A stretch of 42,175 bases of DNA from a virus: positions 1 to 42,175 of the IMG/VR virus record IMGVR_UViG_3300009537_000050; one strand, 5' to 3'. Position 1 is the stretch's first letter; each line of letters opens with the position of its first letter. The notes under the pieces were generated by a model. The model was not told where the DNA came from, did no database searches, and worked only from the letters and a program-made list of their open reading frames with translations. Positions 26,846 to 35,820 of the stretch are shown one piece after another. A program made the position numbers and the translations under genes.

Positions 26846-27058
26846 GTGTCAGACAAGTGCAGCATAAAGCATTGTCGTCAACCAGTGTCTGTTCAGTACC
26901 TCGACGGGTATCTGTGCGAACGACACTGGACTGAGCGGTGCGAACGAGTAGAGAGTCAGTGGAGGATGTCGACATATCTGGGACAACGGCGGCGCTTCGA
27001 AGTGAGCGTTGTATTTGCTGAGGAGACAAAGAAATGGTTGGAAGAAAACAAACGGTGA
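26846..27058 (+). CDS. Hypothetical small Cys/His-rich protein (70 aa)
   Basis: GTG start with GGAG 6 nt upstream. Confidence 0.5.
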   Translation: MSDKCSIKHCRQPVSVQYLDGYLCERHWTERCERVESQWRMSTYLGQRRRFEVSVVFAEETKKWLEENKR

Positions 27059-27432
27059 AGTTTCCCAAGACGCTTGGTGCGTGCGTAGACAAAGCGTACA
27101 CGCTGAGGGCTGAAAGACTTGAACTTCAAAACAAAGTCAAGGAACTCAAAGAACAGGAGGCGCAACTCACAGAACATCTAATCAAGAACATTAAGAAGAG
27201 CAACGCCACAGGAGTAGCGGGCAAGTTGGCGCGTGCGACGGTCAACACCAAAGATGTTCCCGCCGTAAAGGATTGGAAGAAGGTCTACCGGTATATTAGC
27301 CAAACGAAGAGCTGGGACTTACTCGGTAGAAGTATGAACAGTGCAGCATGGAGAGAAAGAATCGAATCTGGGAAGAAGGTTCCTGGAGTCGAACCATTCA
27401 CGACAGTCAGCGTGTCGCTGACAAAATGCTAA
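27034..27432 (+). CDS. Hypothetical coiled-coil protein of the replication/recombination module (132 aa)
   Basis: The ATG has GAGGAG 8 nt upstream. It overlaps the previous ORF by 25 nt. Confidence 0.55.
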   Translation: MVGRKQTVKFPKTLGACVDKAYTLRAERLELQNKVKELKEQEAQLTEHLIKNIKKSNATGVAGKLARATVNTKDVPAVKDWKKVYRYISQTKSWDLLGRSMNSAAWRERIESGKKVPGVEPFTTVSVSLTKC

Positions 27433-27444
27433 GAGGAGCGGAAC

Positions 27445-28266
27445 ATGGCAACGCGTAAGGGTAAAGAGAACAAGACCACAGCACTAGCTAAGTGGGATGA
27501 GAAGCTAGCGCAACAAGCAGCGGCGGCTGCTGAACAAGAAGCGTCTACTGGAGGTGGACAATTCTTCTCACTACGTGGAGGGAAGCTTTCGCTGGACGAG
27601 GCGCCAATCCCAAACAATGAAATCGCGTGTATCATCGTGGACTCTATCCTTGAGAATACGCATTACGAGGATGAGTTCAATGCGGATGATGTTCAGTCTC
27701 CTTCCTGTTTTGCCTTCGGACGAAGTGAAGGTGAGATGTCTCCTCACGAAGACGCTCCAGCCCCCGTTGACGAAAGCTGCGCTGAGTGCCCGAATAACAA
27801 ATTTGGAAGCGCAGATAGGGGGCGTGGAAAAGCATGTCGCAATCGTCGTAGGCTCGCTCTTATCCCATGCGGCACGCTCAAACGAGATGGTTCCTTTGAT
27901 GCGTTCGACGCAGAAGAACTGAAGTCGCAAACGGTTGCGTACCTAGGACTCCCGCCAACGAGCATCAATTCATTCGGCGCATATGTGAAGAAGCTGGCGT
28001 CGGTCATCAAACGACCGCCGCATGCAGTCTTCACCAAGATTTCACTGGTTGATGATTCGAAGACAATGTTCAAGTTGGTCTTCGAAGACTTGGGACCTGT
28101 GCCAAACGCTGCGCTTCCTGTGGTGATGGAGCTACACGATGCGCAGCGTGACGTCATAGGATTCCCATACCAACAACGTGAGGAGGAGGTTCAACCGAAG
28201 AAGCGTGGGAAGAAGACGTCACGCCGAGGAAGCAAGAAGACGACCTCACGACGCAGCAAGTATTGA
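27445..28266 (+). CDS. Zinc-knuckle protein with a basic C-tail; possible ssDNA-binding or recombination accessory protein (273 aa)
   Basis: Contains CAECPNNKFGSADRGRGKACRNRRRL and a KKRGKKTSRRGSKKTTSRRSK tail. Lies just upstream of the polymerase. The function is inferred from context only. Confidence 0.35.
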   Translation: MATRKGKENKTTALAKWDEKLAQQAAAAAEQEASTGGGQFFSLRGGKLSLDEAPIPNNEIACIIVDSILENTHYEDEFNADDVQSPSCFAFGRSEGEMSPHEDAPAPVDESCAECPNNKFGSADRGRGKACRNRRRLALIPCGTLKRDGSFDAFDAEELKSQTVAYLGLPPTSINSFGAYVKKLASVIKRPPHAVFTKISLVDDSKTMFKLVFEDLGPVPNAALPVVMELHDAQRDVIGFPYQQREEEVQPKKRGKKTSRRGSKKTTSRRSKY

Positions 28267-28276
28267 GAGGATTCCT

Positions 28277-30205
28277 ATGAGAGATGACCCCTGCAGGACA
28301 GCCGCCGTCGTTGACTTCGAATCTTTACCTATTCGCCAACGACCCCTTTACCCCCCAAAGGCGGTCGGCGTGGCTACGTGGATTCCAGGACAACGGGCAA
28401 AATACCTTGCGTGGGGTCATCTCTCAGGGAATAATTCTACGTGGTGTGCTGCGCGTCAACACCTCGGTGAACTCATCGACAGCGGCCGACCACTCATCTT
28501 TCAGAACGCGAAGTTTGACCTCTCAATCATAGAGGAAGAGTTTCAGCTCAAGCTTCCAGGGTGGGAACGTATATACGACACGTTACCTCTTATGTTCATC
28601 GATGAACCACGCGCGCCCACGTTCTCACTAAAGCCATCTGGTGAACGGATACTAGGTCGAGAACCTGACGAACGAGACGCTTTGGTTGATTGGCTCGTAC
28701 AACATCAGCCAGTCCCAGACATCAAACTTTCCGACAAGCAGAAGGGAAAGCACTACGCTGGTGCATACGTGGCATGGGCGCCACCGCATATCAGCGGACC
28801 GTATGCGTGTGAGGATACGCTCCTTGCAAGAGATATCTTCAGAAAGGTTTTCAGCCGCCTCGACGAACGTTCTTTAGAAGCCTATACCAGGGAGCGAAGA
28901 CTCCTTCCGCATATCATGGAGGCAGAGCGAAGAGGTATCCGTGTTGATGTCAAAAGACTCACACGCGATATCGAACAGGGTGAGAAGACGCTTATACGCG
29001 TTGATGGTTGGCTGAGGCTAAGACTCAAATGTAAAGACCTCAACATTGATTCAAGTCGTGAACTAGCTGCCGCATTGTTATCCTCAGGCGCAGCGTCGCG
29101 TGAACTTCTTGGCATTACATCCAGCGGTGAAATACAAACGAACAAAGAAGCGCTTGCACGTGGCGTCATAGATAAGCAAGTCCACGCAACACTGCGTTAC
29201 CGTTCACAACTCAGGACGTGTCTTCGTACCTTCATGATGCCGTGGCTTGAGACGGCGCTCGACTCCAATGGGTTTATCTACACAACCTGGCACACGACGA
29301 GGACTGAACGCAAGGGTGGTGGAGTCGGCGCAAGAACAGGTAGGCTCACAAGCACACCGAACTTTCAGAATATACCTGTGAGGTACGACCCACTCTTCAA
29401 GTCAGAGGAGAAGGGTTTACCACCCACACCGATACAGCTTCCACAACTACCACGCGTGCGTCAGTACATCATTCCAACAGAACGCGGTTGGGTACTCTGT
29501 GACCGTGACTATTCACAGCAGGAACTCAGAATCTTAGGGCACTTTGAGGACGGAGTATTAAGAGACGCGTACATCAAAGACCCTTGGTTAGACGTTCACG
29601 ACCACGCGCAGAAGCTCATCAATGGGATGCTTGGTACTAACTACAAGCGGAAGCCCGTAAAGAATACAGGCTTTGGAATCATCTACGGGATGGGTTTAGG
29701 AAAGCTAGCAGAGCAAACCAACTCCACTGTCGAACAAGCACAAAAACTCCGTCGTGCATACCTTTCAATTTTTCCAGGACTCAGGAGCCTTGACGATGAC
29801 CTCAAACGGAGAGCGCGGCAAGATGAACCACTTCGAACTTGGGGAGGACGTCTATACCACTGTGAGCCACCACGGTGGGTCGATGGTCGTATGCGAGATT
29901 ACGGATACAAGATGCTCAATCTTCTTATCCAGGGAAGTGCAGCTGATTGTACCAAAGAGGCATTTATCAGATACTGTGAGCGGAAACCAAAACATCATCA
30001 TGCGCTTCTTACCGTGCATGATGAGACGCTAGTATCTGTCCCGCGCGAAGAGCGTAGGGAATGCATGGAACTTTTGAAGTCATGTATGGAAGACGTCGAC
30101 TTCGATGTTCCGATGTTGAGTGAAGGAACATGGTCATCAAAATCGTGGCACGAACTTCGTGATTATGATGTGAAAGGAAAGTTGAAATGCCGGTCCGACG
30201 CCTAA
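28277..30205 (+). CDS. Family A DNA polymerase with 3'-5' exonuclease domain (642 aa from the ATG)
   Basis: Exo motifs VDFES, NAKFDL, YACEDT. Pol motifs DYSQQELRIL (A), RKPVKNTGFGIIYGMG (B) and VHDE (C). The ATG at 28277 has GAGAGG upstream, whereas the ORF track start at 28178 overlaps the upstream gene. Confidence 0.92.
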   Translation: MRDDPCRTAAVVDFESLPIRQRPLYPPKAVGVATWIPGQRAKYLAWGHLSGNNSTWCAARQHLGELIDSGRPLIFQNAKFDLSIIEEEFQLKLPGWERIYDTLPLMFIDEPRAPTFSLKPSGERILGREPDERDALVDWLVQHQPVPDIKLSDKQKGKHYAGAYVAWAPPHISGPYACEDTLLARDIFRKVFSRLDERSLEAYTRERRLLPHIMEAERRGIRVDVKRLTRDIEQGEKTLIRVDGWLRLRLKCKDLNIDSSRELAAALLSSGAASRELLGITSSGEIQTNKEALARGVIDKQVHATLRYRSQLRTCLRTFMMPWLETALDSNGFIYTTWHTTRTERKGGGVGARTGRLTSTPNFQNIPVRYDPLFKSEEKGLPPTPIQLPQLPRVRQYIIPTERGWVLCDRDYSQQELRILGHFEDGVLRDAYIKDPWLDVHDHAQKLINGMLGTNYKRKPVKNTGFGIIYGMGLGKLAEQTNSTVEQAQKLRRAYLSIFPGLRSLDDDLKRRARQDEPLRTWGGRLYHCEPPRWVDGRMRDYGYKMLNLLIQGSAADCTKEAFIRYCERKPKHHHALLTVHDETLVSVPREERRECMELLKSCMEDVDFDVPMLSEGTWSSKSWHELRDYDVKGKLKCRSDA

Positions 30206-30885
30206 ACAAAATCTCAGCGTGGAGCTACTCTCGATTGACGACGTATGAGAAGTGTGCCTTCCGTGCGTTCTGCCTGTACGTTCTCAAGAAAAAAGAACCT
30301 CAGGCACCTGCGATGAAGCGCGGTAGTGATATCCACGAGCTAGCTGAGAACTATGTCAAAGCGTCTCGTGTACCGAGAAAAATTCCAGAAGCGTTGTGGC
30401 GCTTTGAGGATGAGTTCAAAGAACTTCGAAAGGCCTACCACCGAAGAAAAGGCAAGAACCACTTTGTAGAACTTGAGGCGCAGATTGCGGTCGACGACAA
30501 GTGGGGCTGCGTTGATTGGTTCGACGACTTCGCGTGGCTGCGCGCGAAGATTGACGTGCTTGAGGTGAACGGGGTATTTGCTGAAGTCAAAGACCACAAA
30601 ACAGGAAGGCAGCGTCCTGAGAACGTCGACCAGTTAGAGTTGTACGCTATTGCCATATTCTGCAAATACCCGTTTGTGGAAACCGTCAACGCAAGCTTCT
30701 GGTATTTGGACGAGGGTGTGATTGACGCGAAGAACTTTGCGCGTCATGAACTAGACAGTCTCAAAAAGAAATGGCTGAAGCGAATCAAACCCATGATGAA
30801 CGACACGACGTTCAAGCCTAAGCCATGTTACCTATGCAAGTGGTGTAAGTTCTCGAAGGAGGAAGGCGGACCGTGCAAATTTTAG
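30187..30885 (+). CDS. PD-(D/E)XK Cas4/RecB-like exonuclease with a Cys cluster
   Basis: N-terminal Cys (YEKCAFRAF), IDVLEV...EVKDHKTG (D..E.K), QLELYA, and C-terminal CYLCKWCKF...GGPC. Confidence 0.8.
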   Translation: MPVRRLNKISAWSYSRLTTYEKCAFRAFCLYVLKKKEPQAPAMKRGSDIHELAENYVKASRVPRKIPEALWRFEDEFKELRKAYHRRKGKNHFVELEAQIAVDDKWGCVDWFDDFAWLRAKIDVLEVNGVFAEVKDHKTGRQRPENVDQLELYAIAIFCKYPFVETVNASFWYLDEGVIDAKNFARHELDSLKKKWLKRIKPMMNDTTFKPKPCYLCKWCKFSKEEGGPCKF

Positions 30886-31178
30886 AATCAACGATTGAGC
30901 GAAAGTTCGTTGACCGCGTGAGGGAGGAGTTCAATATTGAGACACTAAAACTTGAACTTAGACACAACGCCGGCTGGCCTGACAGGTTGCTCCTCATCCC
31001 CGGAGGTCGTCCGCTATTCATAGAGTTCAAGAGACCTGGAGAGGACCTTGGAACACTGCAACGATATCGTCATGACGTACTTAGAGAGCTTGGGTATGAG
31101 GTTCGAACATTCGACCGTGTATCCTCAGCTATGCTCTACGTCAGACAAATCATGGCAACCGCACGCGTACCAACGTAA
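30873..31178 (+). CDS. VRR-NUC domain nuclease (101 aa)
   Basis: ERKFVDRV...GWPDRLLLIPGGRPLFIEFKRPGE...Q matches the VRR-NUC core (D..E.K). GTG start with GGAGGAAGG upstream. Confidence 0.75.
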   Translation: MQILESTIERKFVDRVREEFNIETLKLELRHNAGWPDRLLLIPGGRPLFIEFKRPGEDLGTLQRYRHDVLRELGYEVRTFDRVSSAMLYVRQIMATARVPT

Positions 31179-32547
31179 AGCGGTCACGTGGCTCGTTAAG
31201 AGAGCTGAAGCGGCGCTCTTCCTCGACCCTGGTCTTGGCAAGACTGCTGCTACACTACGTGCGTTCCTCGCCCTAAAGAAAGCGGGCGTCGCAGGGAAGA
31301 TGTTGGTCATCGCGCCGAAGCGTCCGTGCTATTTGGTATGGAGTCATCGCGGTGAGATAGGCAAATGGAAAGACTTCAGACATCTTACCGTATCGTTACT
31401 CCATGGTCCGAATAAAGAAGGCGCGCTGGAAGAGGATGCTGATATCTATGTCATCAACCATGATGGGCTTCGGTGGCTTTGTGAACCTAAGCGTGTTCGG
31501 AAGCTCATCAAACGCGGCGTTAAGCTTGTTGTCATCGATGAGCTTTCGAAGTTCAAACATCCGCGGACGATGAGATTCAAAGCGTTCAAGAAGTGGCTTG
31601 GGTGTTTCCCACGCCGGTGGGGCTTAACAGGTTCTCCAGCGTCTAATGGACTGATTGATTTATTCGGGCAGGTGTACGTCCTGGATAAAGGTCGTCGACT
31701 CGGCCAATATATTACCCACTATAGGTATCAGTATTTCTATCCAACTGGTTTCGGTGGGTATCAGTATGCGCTGCAGGACGGGGCAGAGAAACGGATTTAC
31801 AAGAAGCTCAAAGACCTAGCCTTGTCAATGAAAGCTGAAGACCACCTAGACCTTCCCCAGCTAGTAGAACGAGACATCTACGTCACGTTGCCCAGTAAAG
31901 CTGGAACGCTGTACCGTCAGATTGAGGAGGACTTCTTCGCACTCTATGATAAGGATGTGGTAGTTGCAGCCAATGCAGCAGTTGCTAGCGGTAAATGTAG
32001 GCAGGTTGCATCTGGTGGAATATACGTTGAACGCAGTAACAAGAAACGCGTTACACGATTTATCCACAATGAAAAGACAGAGGCTCTTGTCGACCTCGTT
32101 GATGAACTTCAAGGCGCGCCGTTACTGGTCGGATATGAATTCCAACACGACCTTGAAAGAATCCGCGAGGCGTTGGGTAAGAATACACCGGCAATCAGTG
32201 GGAGTATGGGAGACCGTGAACTAATACGCGTTGTCGACAAATGGAATGACGGGAAGATTCCCGTACTATGCGCCCATCCAGCCGCGGCCGGACATGGATT
32301 GAATCTTCAAGGTTCATCATGTAGCCACGTCTGCTGGTACTCGCCCACGTGGGACTTCGAACTATACGACCAATTTATCCGACGCGTGTGGAGACAGGGG
32401 ACGAAAGCCTCTAGGACAATAGTCCATCGAATCATCGCGCACAACACTCTTGATGAAGTCGTCATCAAAGCGTTACGCTCTAAGCAACGACGGCAGGACG
32501 CGCTCATGTCGGCGCTTAAAAAATATCGTAGTTCAAGGGTTCTCTAA
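31048..32547 (+). CDS. SNF2-family helicase/translocase
   Basis: Motifs: PHAYQ, LDPGLGKT (I), VIDELSKF (II), GHGLNLQ (V), Q..RR.WRQG (VI). The start is uncertain: TTG 31048, ATG 31072 or ATG 31096. Every option overlaps the VRR-NUC gene. Confidence 0.85.
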   Translation: MEHCNDIVMTYLESLGMRFEHSTVYPQLCSTSDKSWQPHAYQRKAVTWLVKRAEAALFLDPGLGKTAATLRAFLALKKAGVAGKMLVIAPKRPCYLVWSHRGEIGKWKDFRHLTVSLLHGPNKEGALEEDADIYVINHDGLRWLCEPKRVRKLIKRGVKLVVIDELSKFKHPRTMRFKAFKKWLGCFPRRWGLTGSPASNGLIDLFGQVYVLDKGRRLGQYITHYRYQYFYPTGFGGYQYALQDGAEKRIYKKLKDLALSMKAEDHLDLPQLVERDIYVTLPSKAGTLYRQIEEDFFALYDKDVVVAANAAVASGKCRQVASGGIYVERSNKKRVTRFIHNEKTEALVDLVDELQGAPLLVGYEFQHDLERIREALGKNTPAISGSMGDRELIRVVDKWNDGKIPVLCAHPAAAGHGLNLQGSSCSHVCWYSPTWDFELYDQFIRRVWRQGTKASRTIVHRIIAHNTLDEVVIKALRSKQRRQDALMSALKKYRSSRVL

Positions 32548-32599
32548 GGTCAGTTCATTTGCTATCCGGAGGGTATCTCTAACAGCTGAGGAGTTAGCT

Positions 32600-33385
32600 A
32601 TGGCAAAGAAGACTATGCGCAAGAAGGTGTCGAAGAAGGTGTCGAAGAAGGTGTCGAAGAAGGTGTCGAAGAAACGTGTTGCTGTGAAGAAACAACCTGA
32701 ACCGGTTATTCGTAGCCAAAAGGTTGTGAAGAAAAGGAGTGGTCTACCGGCGACAGTTACGAAGACCTTCACCCACCACGTCGATGTACCGAAGCCAACA
32801 GAAGCTCAGGCAGAAGCCCGCAAAAAGGCGTTCGTTGCAATAGACCACGAACAACGCACGTGTATTGCTTTTCACAGAACGGCCGGACAAGTAACGTTCA
32901 CGTGCCATTCAGAGAATGGTTTCACACTTGAGACCTGGCCGTCGAAAGATTTTGATGAGGTTTACAAAAAGGTTGAGGATTACCCCGTCGGCAGAGCTGC
33001 TGTCCTCTACGTGGAATTCGCCACTGTGATGGGCGCTGACGACGAGGTGATGGATAAGTTGACCACGTTGGTCAACGTTTCAAAGAAGGAGTTGGAGATG
33101 ACGAAGAAGAAGCCAGTGAAGAAGAGTGCTGCAAAGGGTCAGTCTCGTACGGCCCGTGTGAAGGGCGCGAAGGAAGCAAAGAAGGCTTCTGCCCCACGCC
33201 AGGCGAAAGACTCTGCGTCCAGTATGTTTCGCGAACTCATCATGCAGGGCAAGCTCACGGACGACCAGATTTTTGAGCGCGTCCAGAAGAAGTACGGGCT
33301 GGACGAAAAGAAGCGTAGCTACGTCTCCTGGTACCGCAATCAACTCACAAAGATGGGGAAGAACCCACCGAAGGCGAAGAAGTAG
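32600..33385 (+). CDS. Lys-rich histone-like protein, paralogue of 25756..26079 at the C-terminus (261 aa from the ATG)
   Basis: The ATG at 32600 has GAGGAG upstream. The N-terminal (KKVS)x4 is encoded by a 12-bp tandem repeat. The C-terminal SSMFRELIMQGKLTDDQIF...SWYRNQL aligns with SSVARELIRQGQTNAQIW...SWYRSKM. Confidence 0.7.
   Translation: MAKKTMRKKVSKKVSKKVSKKVSKKRVAVKKQPEPVIRSQKVVKKRSGLPATVTKTFTHHVDVPKPTEAQAEARKKAFVAIDHEQRTCIAFHRTAGQVTFTCHSENGFTLETWPSKDFDEVYKKVEDYPVGRAAVLYVEFATVMGADDEVMDKLTTLVNVSKKELEMTKKKPVKKSAAKGQSRTARVKGAKEAKKASAPRQAKDSASSMFRELIMQGKLTDDQIFERVQKKYGLDEKKRSYVSWYRNQLTKMGKNPPKAKK
32621..32668 (+). repeat. Perfect 4 x 12-bp in-frame tandem repeat (AAGAAGGTGTCG)
   Basis: Read directly from the sequence. 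It encodes KKVSKKVSKKVSKKVS. Confidence 0.9.
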
Positions 33386-33411
33386 AAGTTCACAGGCTGG
33401 TATTAGAGAGT

Positions 33412-33446
33412 GACGGGCGGGGCTAACTACCTCGCCCGTCCTTTTG
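33412..33446 (+). terminator. Intrinsic terminator candidate separating the replication genes from the modification operon
   Basis: GACGGGCGGGG...CCTCGCCCGTC stem (one mismatch) followed by CTTTTG. A GAGGAG RBS for the next gene follows. Confidence 0.5.
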
Positions 33447-33460
33447 CTGAGGAGTAGAAA

Positions 33461-34345
33461 ATGAACAAAGCTGGAAAGTCCGTCGACACGACCCACCTAC
33501 CACTGGCAAAGCATACGTCCATCCGTGGTTACATCCACAGAGACTACCTCGCCCATTGTCTTCGCTATTCGCATGTAGCGAAGTTCATGAATCAACAACG
33601 TAGGTACCAACATTCACACCTACTCGACGTAGGTTGTGGAAGAGAGACTCCACTTGCTCGTCTCATGTATTCAATGAGGATGACGCATAAGACGGGAACC
33701 TATACGGGTGTGGATTATGGAAAAGTGGACTGGCCAGACTCGATGCCAGATAAGCCGAAGAACTTTAATATGAAGCTCATTGAGCGGACGGACTTCGTGG
33801 AGGCGAAACTGCCGCGAAAGAAGTTTAACGTTGGAGTCTGCTTCGAAGTCGTTGAACACGTCGAACCGTTCCACGCATATCAGATTCTCAAACGCCTACG
33901 CCAGTCACTGAGAAGTACAGGAACGGCGTTCATCTCCACGCCCGTATACGACCCTCGCGTCGGAGCTGCTGGGAACCACGTCAATGAGATGTCGTTCGAA
34001 GCGATGTATGCGATGCTCATCTTGGCGGGCTTTGCGGTCGTCGGTAAGTGGGGAACGTTCGCCTCACAGAGGGATTACAAAGATGAACTCAGTAGCTTTA
34101 CAGGTGTGCGTGGAGTCTTTGATGCGTTGAGCGCATACTACGATTCGAACACGCTTGCCTGTATCTTCGCCCCGCTGTTCCCTCAACAGTCACGTAATGT
34201 TCTGTGGCGCGTAAAGGCGATAGGCGATTGTGGAGATGTATTCCACGGTGAGGCTATTAGGAACCTTCGGCGGAAGGTTCATTCCAGTTCCACAAAGTGG
34301 ACCAAAGAATTCTCAAAAATCATTCGCGACGTTTCGTGTTCCTAA
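33461..34345 (+). CDS. Class I SAM-dependent methyltransferase, substrate unknown (294 aa)
   Basis: Motif I LLDVGCGRETP, post-I acidic YTGVDYG, and VCFEVVEHV. No DPPY or PC motif typical of DNA base MTases. Confidence 0.7.
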   Translation: MNKAGKSVDTTHLPLAKHTSIRGYIHRDYLAHCLRYSHVAKFMNQQRRYQHSHLLDVGCGRETPLARLMYSMRMTHKTGTYTGVDYGKVDWPDSMPDKPKNFNMKLIERTDFVEAKLPRKKFNVGVCFEVVEHVEPFHAYQILKRLRQSLRSTGTAFISTPVYDPRVGAAGNHVNEMSFEAMYAMLILAGFAVVGKWGTFASQRDYKDELSSFTGVRGVFDALSAYYDSNTLACIFAPLFPQQSRNVLWRVKAIGDCGDVFHGEAIRNLRRKVHSSSTKWTKEFSKIIRDVSCS

Positions 34346-34357
34346 AGGAGGACCAAC

Positions 34358-35422
34358 ATGTACGCTGTAGCTGGTGACGTATTCGCAGGACTTTTCGCCT
34401 ACGGAATCCGACGTGCTGGATTCAGAGTCGATACACATCTTGCCCATACGGATTATGGGATTGAGATGTACAAGGCTAACTTCAAATCCCACGACGTTCG
34501 GATTGGAAAGGAGAACTGGGACCTGTCAAAGCTTCGACGCAAGGAGCGTCCACATTTGTTCTTTACTAACCCACCATGTGCTCCGTGGTCGAACGCCGGT
34601 CACGGGTCGCGCTTCCGAAAAGGCGAGGCGAAGGACGATAGGCCTGAGTGGATTATCGACCTCATGAATGCTGCGTTTGAAATGCGTGCTGATACGTGGG
34701 TCTGGGAAAGCGTTACCGAGGCGTGGCGTCGTGGACAGGACTTCGTTCTTTCGCGCGCCGAGGAGTGTCTCAGTCACGGGTATAGCGTCACAGTTCTTCT
34801 CCAGAACAACCTCTACCTCGGCGCTCCGCAAAACCGTCGACGTATGTTGTTCATCGCCCACAGATATCCAATCGTATTCCCGCGGTTCAAGCTAAAGCAT
34901 CCAACGGTGCGCGAAGTTCTCAAGGGCGTAAGTCCAGGAAGCACTGTAGGGTGCGACATCTCTCCAAAAGAATGGTCTCTTTACTCAGCGGTAGGCAAAG
35001 AAGGCGGTCCGCTATCCGCTCATTACTCCAACAAGATGACGGACAAAGAACGTAAGCGGATTGATATTACACCTGGAATGAAACCGTCATTCTTGGCACG
35101 CCGTCTGGCTAACGATAAGACGTGCCCTGTGTTTATCAAGAATACGTTTACCTATCACCCAACGCTTCCACGGTATACGACGTGGAACGAAGGTCTTGCA
35201 CTTGCTGGCGCTCCGAAAACATGGAAGCGTACAGCGTCCAACCTCGTTGACAATACCCATCTCCTCGGCCGCGGAGTCCTTCCTGCCGTCGGCAAGTGGA
35301 TTGGGACGGCTGTCGCGACGGGTATCAAGACAGGTTCGCGGATACCAAAACGCGAACGATGCGTCATGCTCTGTGACTTCAGAAAGATGTCGAACATCAT
35401 CGAGGAAAGGATTGACCTATGA
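34358..35422 (+). CDS. DNA cytosine-C5-methyltransferase-like enzyme with a degenerate SAM loop (354 aa)
   Basis: Motif IV FTNPPCAPWSNAG, motif VI WESV (ENV-like), motif VIII QNRRRMLF, motif X GRGVLPAVGKWIG. Motif I reads DVFAGLFAYG in place of FxGxGG. AAGGAGG RBS. Confidence 0.7.
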   Translation: MYAVAGDVFAGLFAYGIRRAGFRVDTHLAHTDYGIEMYKANFKSHDVRIGKENWDLSKLRRKERPHLFFTNPPCAPWSNAGHGSRFRKGEAKDDRPEWIIDLMNAAFEMRADTWVWESVTEAWRRGQDFVLSRAEECLSHGYSVTVLLQNNLYLGAPQNRRRMLFIAHRYPIVFPRFKLKHPTVREVLKGVSPGSTVGCDISPKEWSLYSAVGKEGGPLSAHYSNKMTDKERKRIDITPGMKPSFLARRLANDKTCPVFIKNTFTYHPTLPRYTTWNEGLALAGAPKTWKRTASNLVDNTHLLGRGVLPAVGKWIGTAVATGIKTGSRIPKRERCVMLCDFRKMSNIIEERIDL

Positions 35423-35820
35423 GTTACCAAGACAAAGAGTGTCGAGACCTCCGTGCGTTCAACGCGCGTTTCGGCGTTGAGACGAGTAGGAAACCAACGT
35501 TACTTGTCGATGAGCGAAACAAGGAGAGAATGTATCTCATTGATGAGGAAGCGGATGAGTTGTTCAAGGCGTTTCAACAACGCGACGTTGTTGAAATCGC
35601 GGATGCCCTCATCGACCTCGCATACGTCATCAAAGGAACCGCTGTTATGATGGGTCTTCCGTGGGAAGAGTTGTGGACAGAGGTTCATCAAACAAATATG
35701 GCGAAGGTCCGAAAGACAACGGACCGCGCGAAGATTGATGTTCAGAAACCAGAAGGTTGGAAACCACCGGACGTCAGTGGAATTTTGAAGTCCGCGGGGT
35801 GGGAGGAAGACAATGGGTGA
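35419..35820 (+). CDS. MazG-like all-alpha nucleoside triphosphate pyrophosphohydrolase (133 aa)
   Basis: Metal-binding pattern IDEEADEL ... EIADALIDLAYV. ATGA coupling to the upstream gene. Confidence 0.7.
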   Translation: MSYQDKECRDLRAFNARFGVETSRKPTLLVDERNKERMYLIDEEADELFKAFQQRDVVEIADALIDLAYVIKGTAVMMGLPWEELWTEVHQTNMAKVRKTTDRAKIDVQKPEGWKPPDVSGILKSAGWEEDNG

